Shown piece after piece: positions 35,880-49,400 of a DNA stretch of 64,000 nt. Both the position numbers and the translations under genes were made by a program. The first letter of the stretch is position 1, and each line of letters begins with the position of its first letter. The notes under the pieces were generated by a model. That model saw nothing but the letters and a program-made list of their open reading frames with translations. It was not told the origin of the DNA and made no database searches. Source of the stretch: Rhina ancylostomus (Eukaryota); NCBI GenBank assembly GCA_030265395.1, contig JARFYF010000001.1, forward strand, positions 86,018,127 to 86,082,126. The letters run 5' to 3'.

Positions 35880-37560
35880 AATTTTTGATTTTGAGAGATG
35901 TGGGTGTTAGAGACAATCCTCTTTAATTTAATGCCCATCCCTACTAGCCCACTCGAAGATGGTGGTGAACTACCACCTTGAACCATCGCAATCTGAAGGT
36001 GCTGAGATCAGGAGCTCCAGGATTTTGACCTAGTGATAATGAAGCAACACATTCCAAGTCAGTAAGGGCACTCATAGGAAGCGATGACCCTTTTTGCTTT
36101 CGTCTGTCCAGATGATGAATGACATCAAGATGAAATTTTAAAAGGGCTTGGAAGAGCATCTTAAAAAACAGTACAGTGCTGAGTGAGTACATGGAATGCC
36201 AATCAAAACAGTTTGTCCTGGATCATATGAAGTTTCTGTACTGGTGGAGTTGTACTTATCCAGGTATCCCTGAGTACTGCAGGCAGTGCAACAGGTTGCA
36301 AAGTCATGAGGAGTGGCAGGAGTTGCAGAATATCCAGCCTCTGGCCTGCTTGTGTGTAGCTGTTGTTTTTAAAATCAAAAAGAAAACCCAACGATAATTG
36401 ATTTAGGCCAATTTGGAAATACCATTGAGCAGCCAAAGAAACAGAGTGTCTTGTTTGCATTAGTAATTGCTTAATAACACAAATCCATGCAGGTACCAAC
36501 ACTTCTCAGTCCATATCTGAGTATTATCTTGGTCTGGGGGAGTTGGGACAATGTGACAGTGAGCAGCTGGCTTTGGTGACTCCCTTGAAGATCTCCCGCA
36601 GCAATGTCTATGATTTAATAGCTTTTAACCACTGTCCTTGGTGCAAGGTAGGACTCAAACTCGTGAAAGCTATTCCCCCTGCTAATCCCATTTCAATTTT
36701 ATTAGAGCTCCTTATTGGTAAACTCAGTTAAATGCTGCCTTCACGATGAAGGCATCTTACACCTTGAATTCAACTCCTTTCTCTATGTTTAGTTCAAGGG
36801 TGTAATGAGGTCTGGAATCAGGGTCTAGTGGAGCTCATACTGTGCATCAGTGAGGTGGGAGTTGTTGGTGGCACCTTCCACTGCTTTGATTGATATTGGG
36901 CATATTCCAGGTTTTGCTACTGGCAATTTCCACATCGTTGGGAAGATATTAGTGTTGCAGCTGTACTGCAATAGCAGGGTTTGTACTGGAGCATAAATTG
37001 GCAGCACCTCAACAGGGATGTCGTCAGGGCCCATTACCATTGCAGTACCCGGTGCACAAAGCTGCTCCTTGATATCACAGACTGAGTAGGATGCTGATCA
37101 TAGGAGGCGGCCAGAATAGATCTGACTAAAAATGGTTGCAAACAGTTCAGTTGCCTTGTGTGTTCATGCTGGCTTCATCATTGAACGTGGGCAGGCATAC
37201 GGAGTATTCTTCAATTAGTTGTTTAATCAGTCACTGACATCGATAACTGGGTATGCCATGGCTGCTTAGCTTTGATCTGATCCATTTTTACTGTTAGGCT
37301 AATCTCTATGTGCTGCTTCCATGTGTTGTCGCATCACTCAGACTGATACCTCATTTTTAGTACATTTGTTGTGGAACATGGCATATCCTTCTATACTCCT
37401 CACTGAGCTAAGATTGGCCCCCTGGCTTCATGGAGGTAGACGGAAGTGAAGTGTAGTGGGCTAGAATAGTTCTCCTGGTTAGAATGAATGCTCAATTTTG
37501 AGTGTTAGACCTGTTTGAAATCTTTCCTCTTTTCCCGTAACAGCAGAGCCACAATTGTCA
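35880..37560 (-). mobile_element. Decayed L2/CR1-group LINE (RT region)
   Basis: The ORF track shows MGPDDIPVEVL...LLQYSCNTNIFPTMWK...LTDAQY, a non-LTR RT N-terminal signature. Confidence 0.75.
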
Positions 37561-38379
37561 TTGTGAAGACAGAACAGTGTCTCCTGGTTACTCATATCAA
37601 TACCATTTTAAAAATCTGAATATGAAAAGCTTCTATTAATGAAAGCTAAAATCCTCCTTTTGCCACAGAGGTTCAAGGACTAGCTCACCATTGCCTTCCC
37701 AGGTAATAAAATATTTGCCAATAACGTCCACATATTCAGAACCCATCTGAAACTGTTTTCAGCATTTGACTCCAGAAGAGTGGTCTAACTAGAAATCCCT
37801 GGTCAGCTGCTATGAATAGACAGGATTCCCTAGGTTTCGCAGCGATAAAAGCATTCAAATGATGTAAAATTTTGTTATTTTGAAAGTGCTCTACAGGCAT
37901 TAATTTAGCAGTTGAACATTACTGAACCACAACAATAATTACCATCTATATATAGCACCAACAATAAACTAGTCAGGACAAAGCAACAATGCACTGAATA
38001 TCTAGTAGTTACATATTTAGCATTAACATTTTAATTTGTAGTTTTAAAAAGGAGTGGCTGCTTTAATTTATGTTTTAATTTTAACCCAAAGGCATCAATG
38101 GAATCCTCTTCCCTACATTTTAGTAGTTGCTCAGATCACAAGTCAACGTAATGAGGAAGAGTTCAATTTTCTTACAAATTCCAGGAAGTAAACAAGCCAC
38201 TAAATGCATATGTGCTTATTGTTTAAATGTCCAAAGGCCACTGGATAAAGCTAAACTAGACAGTAGCATCGTGTGGAATATATTCATATCTGCAAGTCAT
38301 GCAATTTCTGAAACTTATGAGCATTAGAAAAAGGTGGCAACTATTTGACCTATAGTGCCTGCATCATTATTGAATAAAA

Positions 38380-39150
38380 TCATGGCTTATCTTTTATCTT
38401 TGTGTCACCTTCCTGCACGAATCCCATGTCCATCGATTCCCTCAATGCCCCATAATGACATCTTGAAGATCCTCCACAACTTGCACAAGGCAGAAAATTG
38501 TGAAGATTCACTATCTTGTCAGTGGAGAAATTCCTTTGCTTCTGTCTTGAATGGCAAGCCCCTTGTGCTGAGATCTTGATCCTTATTTCTAGATTTCCCA
38601 GTCAGGGTAAACATCAACTATGGATTTACCCTGTCAAGTCTCCTAATGAGTTAGTACATTTCAATGAGATCACCTCTCATTCTTCTAAACTCTAAACAAT
38701 ATAGACCCAGTCTGATTAAGATGACAAACTGGTCATTTCAGGAATCAAACTGGTGATCCTTTACCAGACTCCCTCCATTACAAGAATACACAGGGAGGCC
38801 AGACCTACATGCAATATTTCAGAAGCCATCTCACCAGGACCCTGTACAAGAGCAAAGCACTTGGTACTCAAATCCTCTTGCATTGAAAGCCCGTTTGCTT
38901 CTTAACTGCTTGCTGAATCTCCATCCCAACTTTCAGTGATCTGTGCACTAGAACCACAAGGTCCCTCTGAACATGAGCTCCAAATATTTTTTTAAAAAAA
39001 TACTTTGGGTAGAGAAATAAAAGACAAAGTGAATGACCTCATATTTTTCCAATTATATTCCATCTGTGCTTATTCACTTAGCTAGACTACATCACAATGA
39101 GACCTCTCTGTATCCTCTTCATGCCCCACTGTGTCACCTAGCATTGTACC
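38380..39150 (-). mobile_element. CR1 LINE 3' fragment
   Basis: tttcaatgagatcacctctcattcttctaaactc is the antisense of EFRRMRGDLIE. Confidence 0.8.
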
Positions 39151-42093
39151 AACAATGATGGCACTGCATCTTATCTATAACTCTCTATTAAACTGATTAT
39201 TAAAGACAAGCCACAATGCAGTGCAGGCATGCAATCCTAACTTCAGACCACAGTAAAACACTGCAGCTTGTCATAACTCAGTAGCTTTTTTGTGACTAGC
39301 AGTTCCAAAAATTGACAGTTAGCCTCTGATGAGATTACCAAACAAAAATTAACTGTGATTTCTTGCCTCCCTTCATCAATGGATACAAAACCAAATCAGG
39401 AATTTATTTCCATGCAGTCAAATTGGACACAAACAAGCCTTAGCTTTGGTTTTCAATGAAAAATCTTAAAACATGTCCTTCACTACCTTACAGCACTTCC
39501 CAATTCTGTGACCTCTGCCAGGAGGACAAGTGCAGCACGTTCAACTTTCCATCCAAATCATACACAATACTGGCTTAAAAATAATTCAGTTTATTTTATT
39601 ATTTCACTGATGTTGGGTTTAAATCTTGAAGCACCCTAAATATTGGCACAGTAGGAGTACCTTCACCAGAAGACTGCCACACTTTACCACTACCTTCAGT
39701 GGAGGGTAATGAGGGACAATATTCTCATCCTGTAAATCAGTGGTGTACAACTTCCATGAAGAGGGGCAGATTAGCAACCTGACTCACCTGAGGAAGGATT
39801 ATGACAACACTGTAATAGTGTGGAATGATCTTGCGTCAGTTCAGCAACACCATGAATTTCAATGCAGAGGGGTTAAGGAAAGGAATTCAATAGCTGTGGA
39901 TCTAAGTGAAAAGCAGTATGGTCACCAATTATTTTTTTCCCCACAATTTTTATTTCTAGATTTGGCCATTGCTGCCAATCTTTAATGAACTGAGTGGCTT
40001 GCTTGGGCATTGCTGAAGGTATTTAAGAGTGAACCATATTGATGGATCTGGACCCTCACAGTCGAGGCCAGGCACGGATGNNNNNNNNNNNNNNNNNNNN
40101 NNNNNNNNNNNNNNNNNNNNNNNNNNNNNNNNNNNNNNNNNNNNNNNNNNNNNNNNNNNNNNNNNNNNNNNNNNNNNNNNCAGATTTCCTTTCCTGAAGA
40201 TCACATGAACAAGAGAGGAATTTAAGACAATCCAGAAATTTTGTGGTCTTCATTTTACAAAAATTCCACAACTGCCATGGGGTGGGGTAGGAAGAGATGG
40301 TGGAATTTGAACCCAAATCCCCAGCTTATTAGTCCATTACAAGAAAATAGTTATTTTGTGGCTGCACCACCAGGGTACATCATTGGGCAATTGAAATCAG
40401 AGATGCAGAGAGATCAGAATTGAACACAGATTTTGGGGGATTGTTTGATGTTACAGAGATCACAGCCTGGTAAACCTCGAAATACATTAACATCAGTGCA
40501 TACTTATTAGCTTGTCAGTTCAAACTTATTTTTTTTAGTCTGTATCAACCACAACTTAAGGGTATGAATGAAATACCACCCACTGAAAAGTTAACTGTTT
40601 CTCTCTCCAATGATGCTGCCTGACCTGCTGAGTATTTCCAGTATTTCACTTTTATTTATTCTACAATTTAAGGGCATGTTCAATTGTGTCCATTTTGGAA
40701 AAGACTTTTGATGTAATTGTCAAGACAGGTGGGAGCTACTTAACACATACATAAAACAAAACAAGGTCACAGTATTAAATCTGCAATATTCATATTAGAG
40801 CTGATGAGGTATTGGGCCTCTTCCCTCTGAGAATAGAAAACTGAAGGATGACCCAGTTGGAGTAAATGAATGAATGTCCCACAATATCACAAAGAATGAA
40901 TAATCACAGTACCATACTGTGATTGCCAATTTAGCTGAACCATTACCCTTGAAACATGAATGGTGTCATTCAGTTTGGATGAAAAGCATTTAATGGAGAG
41001 GAGATTCCAGACCCACTCAACAGCATTTGGACTCGATTTTACTTTGTCAGGGTTAACAACCAGTTGTAATACTCTGTATCTATGCTCCCCCTTTCACATG
41101 GCTGACCTGCACACCAATAGGATGACTAACCAGCAGAATGAGTGCAAAGCTTCATTTTGGTGCAGTGTACTTAGCTATTAAGAATCAGTGCTAGGCAGTG
41201 CTCTAAAGCTTACAGAAGGTAAAGTCAATTGTTGTAACTCATGCCTGTACTCGCTGACAACCTGCTGGGCAAAGGACAGATGAGGACTTCCCGCATGCTC
41301 CTCACCAGCCTATGCTGCAGCCAAATCAGGTTTTAAAGAACAAGGAAATAGGAAGAGGCCATTTAGACCTTCAAACCAGCTCTGGGGTATAATTAGAACA
41401 TGGNNNNNNNNNNNNNNNNNNNNNNTTACTAGTTTTAGTTCCCCAACCCTTAATAAGAAACTTTCTGTCTCTGTTTTGAATGTTCACTTGGCCCCCGGCC
41501 CCAACAACCTTCTGGCAGACTGCTCCATGCTTTTCACTCCCTTTGTGGGGGGAAAAGTTCTCTCTTGCACCACCACTGAATGAATCAGTTCATTGTGATC
41601 CTGGTTAGGGGTAATTAGTGGTCAAGAGAACCCCTTTTCCAACAGCATCCAGAAAAGGAACTTCTATTGAACATCTCTTCTGGAAGATGGCACCTCCAAC
41701 AATCCATTATTATCCTGCACTGCTCTTCAGAGCATCAGTACGGATTTAAGACAACAAGAAAGTTCTTCCCATTTCTCTGACCTGTATCAATCCGTCAGAC
41801 AACATCTTGTAGCAAAAAGATTAAGATGGTATTATGGAAGCTTGCTCTGCACAAAGTGTCTGCAGTTCTCTCAACACACCAACATTTCCATCCCACTCTT
41901 TGAAAGCACCTCGTTAACTGTAACGTGCATTCAAATGCCTTAGGTTGCGAAAAATGCAACATGCAAGTCCTTTCTTCCAAGCACGACCGAAGGTTATACT
42001 TGAGCTGAAATTGACTTTCTAGCCTCCATCGTTTTGTCTTAATGAAGAACAAATTTCTAAATCTTAAGAAAAGCATCTTCAAGATCTACTCAC

Positions 42094-42485
42094 CACGACA
42101 TAGACTGGTTTCTCATAGGGCTCTCCTACAGGCAGCCAGCCATTCGTGGCTCGTCTCCTGCTGATTCTCTGCTGCCTACTCTCTGTGTGGCCTATGCCAG
42201 CTTTATTCTGCTGGGCAGGCGGACAGATCGTATTACGGAGGCTGGACTTGGAGCTGCTGGGAGGTTTGGAGCTCTGAGGACACTCTCTGGTCAGCTTCAG
42301 CATAGACAAGGTGTGGGGCCTAGTGGCTGCTGGTGTGTCCAAACCAGGGCGCTGGATTTGGGGTACAGGCTCAGCGGCAGAAGGAGCTGTGGGGACAGGG
42401 CAGCCCGAGAGAGGATTTGCTGGTGACACTGGATGACCTGTGACTGGGGTGGTTACACTGAGTGGCTCCAAGGACTTGTACTTAT
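42094..42485 (-). CDS. BAHD1: BAHD1 coding exon 2
   Basis: Acceptor ttttgctttctag|AT (phase 1, completes D-KYKSLEP) and donor GTG|gtgagt (phase 0). Encodes a Pro/Ser-rich region and RRRATNGWLPVGEPYEKPVYVV. Confidence 0.95.
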
Positions 42486-42664
42486 CTAGAAAGCAAAAGA
42501 GAAAAGGATTAAACGCTAACAGTTTCATTTCATCAACGTAAAAATGACAGCAGACTGATGATGAATGGCCTACTCCTTTTTCCATTAGGTCTTCCAGCCA
42601 AAAATGTGGCATACCCACACTCACTATAATACTATATACCTTACCTGTACAACTTTATTATAAG

Positions 42665-42835
42665 AACTGGAGACACAGGAGATTGTTGAAATCTGGAGCA
42701 AAAAAAAACAAGTTGCTGGAGGAAGTCAGCAGGTCAGGCAGCATTTGAAAACAGAAATGGGCAGTCGCCATCCATTTTCTTCTACAGACGCTGCCTGATC
42801 AGCTGAGTTTGTCCAGCAGCTTGTTTTGTGCTCAA
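42665..42835. repeat. Fold-back (palindromic) Penelope-derived short repeat
   Basis: Arms aacaagttgctggaggaagtcagcaggtcaggcagc and gctgcctgatcagctgagtttgtccagcagcttgtt. Same family at 54255-54420, 33545-33770 and 47555-47680, with half copies at 32510-32585 and 40575-40660. Confidence 0.75.
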
Positions 42836-45699
42836 TTATAAAGCTGCTAAGTATGTCATTAGGTATTAGCATCCAAACATTGCCTTTGTACATCAAAAAA
42901 ACCTCATATTTAACAAATGTCTTTCTAATCCCCAAAATACATTAAACTTCTCATCATTTACATAAGAGGTTGCTGTAAACCTCCTTGTGCAATCAGTCAT
43001 TTTAAGCCTGTGGCAGTGCTGTGGAATGCCCTTTGTATTACCATCATGTTATTACACACCAACTCTTTCCACATCATTTCTTTAAAAGGGGTCTTTTGCG
43101 ACTTCAGTTTGCTTTCCTTCCTTTCACAAAGCTAGATAGTGGAATAAAATTCAGTGCTTGGAATTAGAGCACTTTCCAAATTAATAGCCTCTTACAATGT
43201 TGGGACAAATCTCAGGTCATTCAACTGGTCATGTAGTACTGATGCAATTAAAGTCCATTTATGTGCCAAGCCTTGGGTGAGGGATTCAGTTTCATGCAAG
43301 CCAAAAGCCCAGGGGGATTATTCCAAATCCCAGTAGCTAACTTCTTCCGAACTTGCAGTTTCGTATTACTTTTAGGACCAAACAGACTTCAGAACAGTAG
43401 TCAGGTGCAGACAGCTGCAGGCTGTATGCAGATAACAATACGACTGATGCACACAGACCCCACTGTGATTAAAGCTGGTGCAGAACAGCAACATATGGCA
43501 AAACATTTTTAAAAAAAGAGGTAACAGGAATGATAGTTTTCAAATATTGGTAATACAAGAGCAAAACTATTATGCTTAATAAGTTTGAGTATGCCCAGAT
43601 CCAAAGTTCTGGATTTCTGGTATGTGATATGGCTTCTCTAGCTTGCCATCATTTTTTTCTTTGGCAGTGACATTAAACACTGCAAGTCAAAGTCTGTGCT
43701 TATGCTGCACCTTAAAAAAAGGTGGCAACCTTAAAGTCTTAAAAGGTGCCTGGTGTTCAAGAACATTTGCAGGAAGTTTGCAGCCTTAACATGAAGGTTT
43801 CAATTCCAATATTCACACCTCTCCTTTTATGACATCAGTGTTCTCCACCTTATATCCCTACAGTGCTAAAACCTGCCAGGAAATGTGTTGCTTTAATGAG
43901 ACCTCATTTCCTTTGCATTTAATCAGCAGCCTCAGCCCCAACCTCTGGAATTCCTTCCCTAAACTCAACCTTTCCTCTGAGAGCAATCCTTGTCATAACA
44001 TCTCATGTATCTCAGCATCAAAATGAAGTTAGATTAGGCTCTTGAAGTTTTTGCAGCTCCTCAACTTAGTTTTCTTTTAAAAAAAGTTAATAATTTTTTT
44101 ATTTTGTTTTCTTTGCCCTGCTCCAGAACTAGTCCTAACGGCCAGGAATTTGAACACCTCCCTCCAAAACCACTTTCTGGTCATGTATCTAGCTTCACTA
44201 GCACAGGATACAAGGAATAATCTTGGAGGCCAAACTGCGGATTCCTATTCTTTGATTTTTTTTCTCTCTCTGCTCCTATCACTGGTTTCAATACGTTAAG
44301 TTCTAGTTGTTCCATTTCCTGTGGGAAAATATCCATTCAGTGAAATCCCATCTTAGAAGGTGCTACATAAAAAGTACCAAGATGCTGCAGGTTTTATATC
44401 AGACGTAGAGAGAGCAGCAACAGCAAGTTGCCTGATACAGTTTGCAAGATAGCAATACTTGGAAGGAATTCAGCGATGTGAAGCAGTGCAGTGCAGTGCA
44501 TCACAAGAATACTGAAGACATTGGAATGAACTTTCTTTTCAACTTCTCACCCTCAAGTCTAGCAGCAAACTCAGAGCCAACAGTTAAGCTTGCCCCAGCA
44601 GAAAGGAGCTAACAAGTGTGGACAACAGTGGTTTGCTTGGCTCCCAGGATCCCTGAGATACTGCTAGTGGTCTGAAGATAATTTGTACCGTTGCTTTCAC
44701 AACCTCAGGATATCCTAGAGAGGATCAAGAGGTGATAGTGTATTTTTAATGCAGTCACAATTTGATCAGTTTTCAATGGTGTTTTAATGATCTTACTTCA
44801 GGGATAAAATATTGGCCAGGATTAGAGTTTCTCATTCTTCTTCAAGGTAATACCATTGAATTGCTCCTTCAGTACCAGTGCTTTGGTTTAATGTCTCACC
44901 TTAGGGCTGTTATCTCCAATAGTGCAGTGAATCCCCAGAAGGATAAATGGGAGAGTCAGCATACATTATGTCCTGAAATCTCTGAAGCAGAATTTGAATC
45001 CATTGCCTTGGGACCCAGATGCAACATTACTACCAATGGTGTGCCATGACTGGTACACCCAAGGCAGACTCAAGAAAACTAGTTCATGTCAGATTCTGCA
45101 AGTTTGGTAGACAATCCAACAAATGGCACTTGAGCAAATTGGTCCAGATCATTAATTCATTAAAGATTAAATTTGCAATTGACCAACAGAGAAGGAAAAG
45201 AAGAATCACTAAACCTCGCAACTAGGTTCAAGTCTGCTAGCTCCTACCATAGACCAGTACCATCACAGAAACAGTTTCACTTTACCCCCCCCCCCCCCCC
45301 CCCCCCAAACCCCAAACCCAAGAGGCAGTCAGATTTCTCTCCCAGCAACTTAATGTATCATAACCATAAAGTGTTTCCAATAGATAATGTTGACACATTT
45401 ACTGAATGATAGGATCTGATGCAGCAATTATTAAACCTCAGGCCAGCATTCTGCAGACATATTGATGCATTTGAATATGAAGTCAGCAAGTAAATCACCA
45501 CCCTACTGCCAGTGTGAGGGACATTAACATACCTCTTTTTCAGGGGCAGGGGCAGCACTTATTCGAGGCTATAACCCAATATGGTCAATAACATCATCTG
45601 ATTAAATAAAAATATTGAAGAAAAACTTGAAAAAGATAAAAACCATGAAGAAAAGGTGGGAATAATGGACAGCTCTTTCAAAAGAACCACAGGCCAAAT

Positions 45700-47030
45700 T
45701 ATTTCATTCTGTGCTGCAAGATTCTGCCTTTGGCTCTCCATTTGCAATTATAGAACTGCTCAACCATATCACTACCACCTTTGATGCCCCATTTCTCATT
45801 ACTCTCTCACTTTTTTGGCTTATCTCCAGCACCTCTCTCATCTCTACTCCCTTTAGGCCAAGTGAAGCAGAACTGAACAGAAATGGCAGACTATATACTT
45901 CACCATCATACCTGCTTGCACCACGTTGCAGGCCAAGAGCATTTTGGCAAAGATATGCCCTGGCTTTCTTCCCAACTGCAAGCCATCACCTTAAATATTT
46001 TTCATCTTCCCTCCAAGACAGGGAGCTTGTGGACTTGGTCATAAAACCAGCACCATTTGATTATCTGCATCTTCTACAGCCCCTCCTTCCTGAAGATTAA
46101 TGAGGCAAATTTCCAAGTACTTCCCCCTGGTTAGGCTAAACATTACACCTTTGTCTAACTGCATCCCATCCCTGCTCTTTCTTGCCAAGCTGGGCTAATC
46201 CACTAGATGAACCTCATGGTCCCATGACTCTATTCCCAGTGAAATGCTGACAACCCAATTTTCTGTCCTGGCACCAGCCACACACCCCCCTCCCCCCCAT
46301 GTTACCTTCTACAGTACCATGCCGCTCTCAAACTCAGTTGTTATCACCACTCTTTCTGAAGAGGAACACTTTACACCTTTGTCCTATCTACCATCATATC
46401 TCCAACCTCTCTTTTCTCTCCAACATAGCCACCCCAAATACATNNNNNNNNNNNNNNNNNNNNNNNNNNNNNNNNNNNNNNNNNNNNNNNNNNNNNNNNN
46501 NNNNNNNNNNNNNNNNNNNNNNNNNNNNNNNNNNNNNNNNNNNCAACCTCTCTTTTCTCTCCAACATAGCCCCCCCAAATACATAGTTCCTAAAACTCCT
46601 TATTTGAATCTCTTCAGTTGGGCATATGCCCCAGCTCAACATAAAAACAGATAGCAGCGACACTCTGGAGACTGACCGATCCTTTTTTTTCCCTTTTTCC
46701 AGCCCTTGACATGAATGACAACACATTCTCCCTCTAACACATCCCCAACGTTATCCAAGCTGGAGAAATCACACCTGCCTGGCTCCATTGCAACTGTCTA
46801 GTCAGAGCCAGAGAAATCACCTACATTGGTTTCTCTTTATGGTCCCAAAGCTATACCTCTGGTATCCCCAAGGATGTCCTTTTGCCTCCCTCCAGCATCT
46901 TTTTCTAAAGAAACATTCTTCCCCTCGATGTCATACAGCATCAGTTGCAACAAGCAGCCAGCTCCTCTCTACCAACACTTCTCAACCCCTCCTTCAACCA
47001 TATTGTTGAGTTGCTTGCCTGACATCTAGT
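45700..47030 (+). mobile_element. Old Penelope-like fragment
   Basis: cttggtcataaaaccagca (LVIKPA) plus C-rich sequence resembling the 14.5-17 kb copy. Confidence 0.45.
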
Positions 47031-47059
47031 TCTGGTTGAGCAAGTGCTGGAAAGGCCAA

Positions 47060-47405
47060 AGCCATCATCATTGACCCACGTCATAGGTTCCATCCATTCA
47101 AAGCTGAACAAGACCATTTGCACTCTCGATCTCAAATGTACATTGCAAAATCTCCTTATCTGCAAAATGGTCAGACTCTGTCCCTGTCTCAACTCAACTG
47201 CTGCTAAAACTCTCATCAGTGCTGTGTTATAACTGGACTTTACTATTAGAGTGTGCTTCTGGCCACTATAAACTTGAGGTCGTTCAAAACCATCATCCAC
47301 ATCCTAACACACGAAGCCCTACTGAACCATCTCCTCTGCTTCCCGACCTACATTGTCTGCTAGCTAAGGGATGCTTCAATTTTGTAGTTTTAAAATTCTT
47401 GTAGT
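47060..47405 (+). mobile_element. L2 LINE 3' fragment
   Basis: LCPCLNSTAAKTLISA...LDF.Y...HYKLEVVQN is an L2 C-terminal signature. Antisense L2-type tails occur at about 29040-29400 and 30580-30930. Confidence 0.75.
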
Positions 47406-49400
47406 AATTGAAAGTAGATGCTGGAAATCTGGTGAATCTTTATTTCTCTCAGCCTGCACTGCCACCATCACTTTTGCCTTTCAACTCTTGGTCTCCAGTA
47501 AACAAAATATAAAAAGACTGCATATTATGGAAATTTGAAGATTTTTTTTAAAAAAAACAGAAAACGATGGGAAACAATCAACAAGTCAGACAGCATCTGC
47601 AGAGAGTTAATGACTGAAATTTTTAAACTTTGTTTCTCTTTCCACCCTGCCTGACTTGAGTGTTTCCTTGAATGTTTGTTTCACACTTAATATATTACAC
47701 TTTGAAAGGAGGTCTAAATACTTCATGATTGCACATTGCAAAAACACTTATATAAATGTCCCGTTTAATTTATTCAGAATAACTTGCATCTCAAAAGTGG
47801 CTCGTCTGATGAATTACCACAATTGCCCAAGTTTATACAAACTGGGGACATATTTTGTCACTCAAGACATGGAAAATGAAGAGAATCCTAATACTCCAAA
47901 CAGCTGAGAGTATGACATGATGCGTCAGTGGGCATTCAATCCCATGACTTGCAGCTAAAATTGACCTACAGCTTGCCACCACCCAACCCCACACACAAAA
48001 AAAAACACCTGCCCCATCTTCAATATTCGATTCCAAAACCCTCCCAACTTTATTACTCCCCATGATGAATGAATACTCAAAGGATCTGACTTCAATTCTT
48101 TCTATAACTGGTTTCCTTACGTTAGAATGCGACTAAAGTAAAATTTCTTCAGTTAACATTTTTGTTCAATTCCCCACATGAAATTAGTGAATTAGTGAAC
48201 AGTCTGAGTGACATTCAGTTGTGGAATGACTGAACAAGCAGAGGACCCTCTCTGAAAACTGGACACATTGGAATTACATCATTGTCAGGAGCCTTGGAAT
48301 CACAACAGTGTTTGCTTGTCATTCTCCAGAAAGCCAAAACCAGCTTCTGCTATGAGATAATCTGGCCCTTTATTACGTAAACATACCGATAATACTTCGA
48401 CAATATTCAACTAAATGAAGTTGGAAACAGTGTGCAGCTGTAGGTGATACAGTGAACGTAGGATACTACTCCTGTGATCCAACTGCCCAATAAATCTACA
48501 GCTGCTAGCATAATGCACACGAGCTTTAGACATCACAAACCAAAAATAATTCAAACCCTGAAGACAGCATCAAAATATCTAATTTATATATCCTTATCAT
48601 AGAAAAACAAGGCATTTTACAGCTGAATGGTCAGGGAAAAATTGACACATTGCAACGGGCAGGTCATTAAAGAGGGTTTTACGGGAGAACAAAAAAAAGG
48701 AGAGACAGTAAGTGGTTTAAAAGCGTGAATTCCTAAAATAGAAGACAGGGCAGCAGAATAATCTTAAGTGTTGAAGAGGCAGAAAAGGGGGACGTCATGA
48801 AAGACTTGAGCACAAGGGCCAGAATTTCTAGTTTAGCCATCATCAGATGGAACCAAGTGTAGATCCAGATGCACTAGGGCAATGAGTAAATAGAATTTGG
48901 TTCAACATTATTAACAAATCACATTTAACGCAAGGCTGTGGCCAAAGAGAGATGGACTGTGGAGATGACAGCCTTCATCTTGGCTGGATGCAAGACCAAA
49001 CAGTATCAGAGAATGGGTCACAAGTGAAAACTCAAAAGGAACTGGCCATAAAGACTGTAATTGATGCTAGCGTTTAAAAGCTTCCTCTCAGCTTGTTATT
49101 TAACAGCAAATGCTATTCCTCCCTTTAGGATGATTACCAGGCAACTCCTTCAACCCGCCACACAATTTGCCTCAGATCCTTTATGTGCTAGCAAACTCCA
49201 CATTCTAATTGCTCTCTTGGAAATGCAACTTTTCCTGGATTCGTTAACTGACCACCTTCATATTTATTACCCACAATGTCAGTGTACCAAGACAATGAAA
49301 TTCAGAGCAGAACCAAATCTTTCATTCAACTATTTCAAATTCATCCAATATCACCCCACCCCCACGATACTTAAAAACTATACTAATGATGACTTCTTAC

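Noticed and set aside
42486-42624. N-terminal extension of the 181-aa ORF (likewise 29678-29728, 22242-22320 and 19864-20000)
   Set aside because: Intronic read-through upstream of clear polypyrimidine-AG acceptors.
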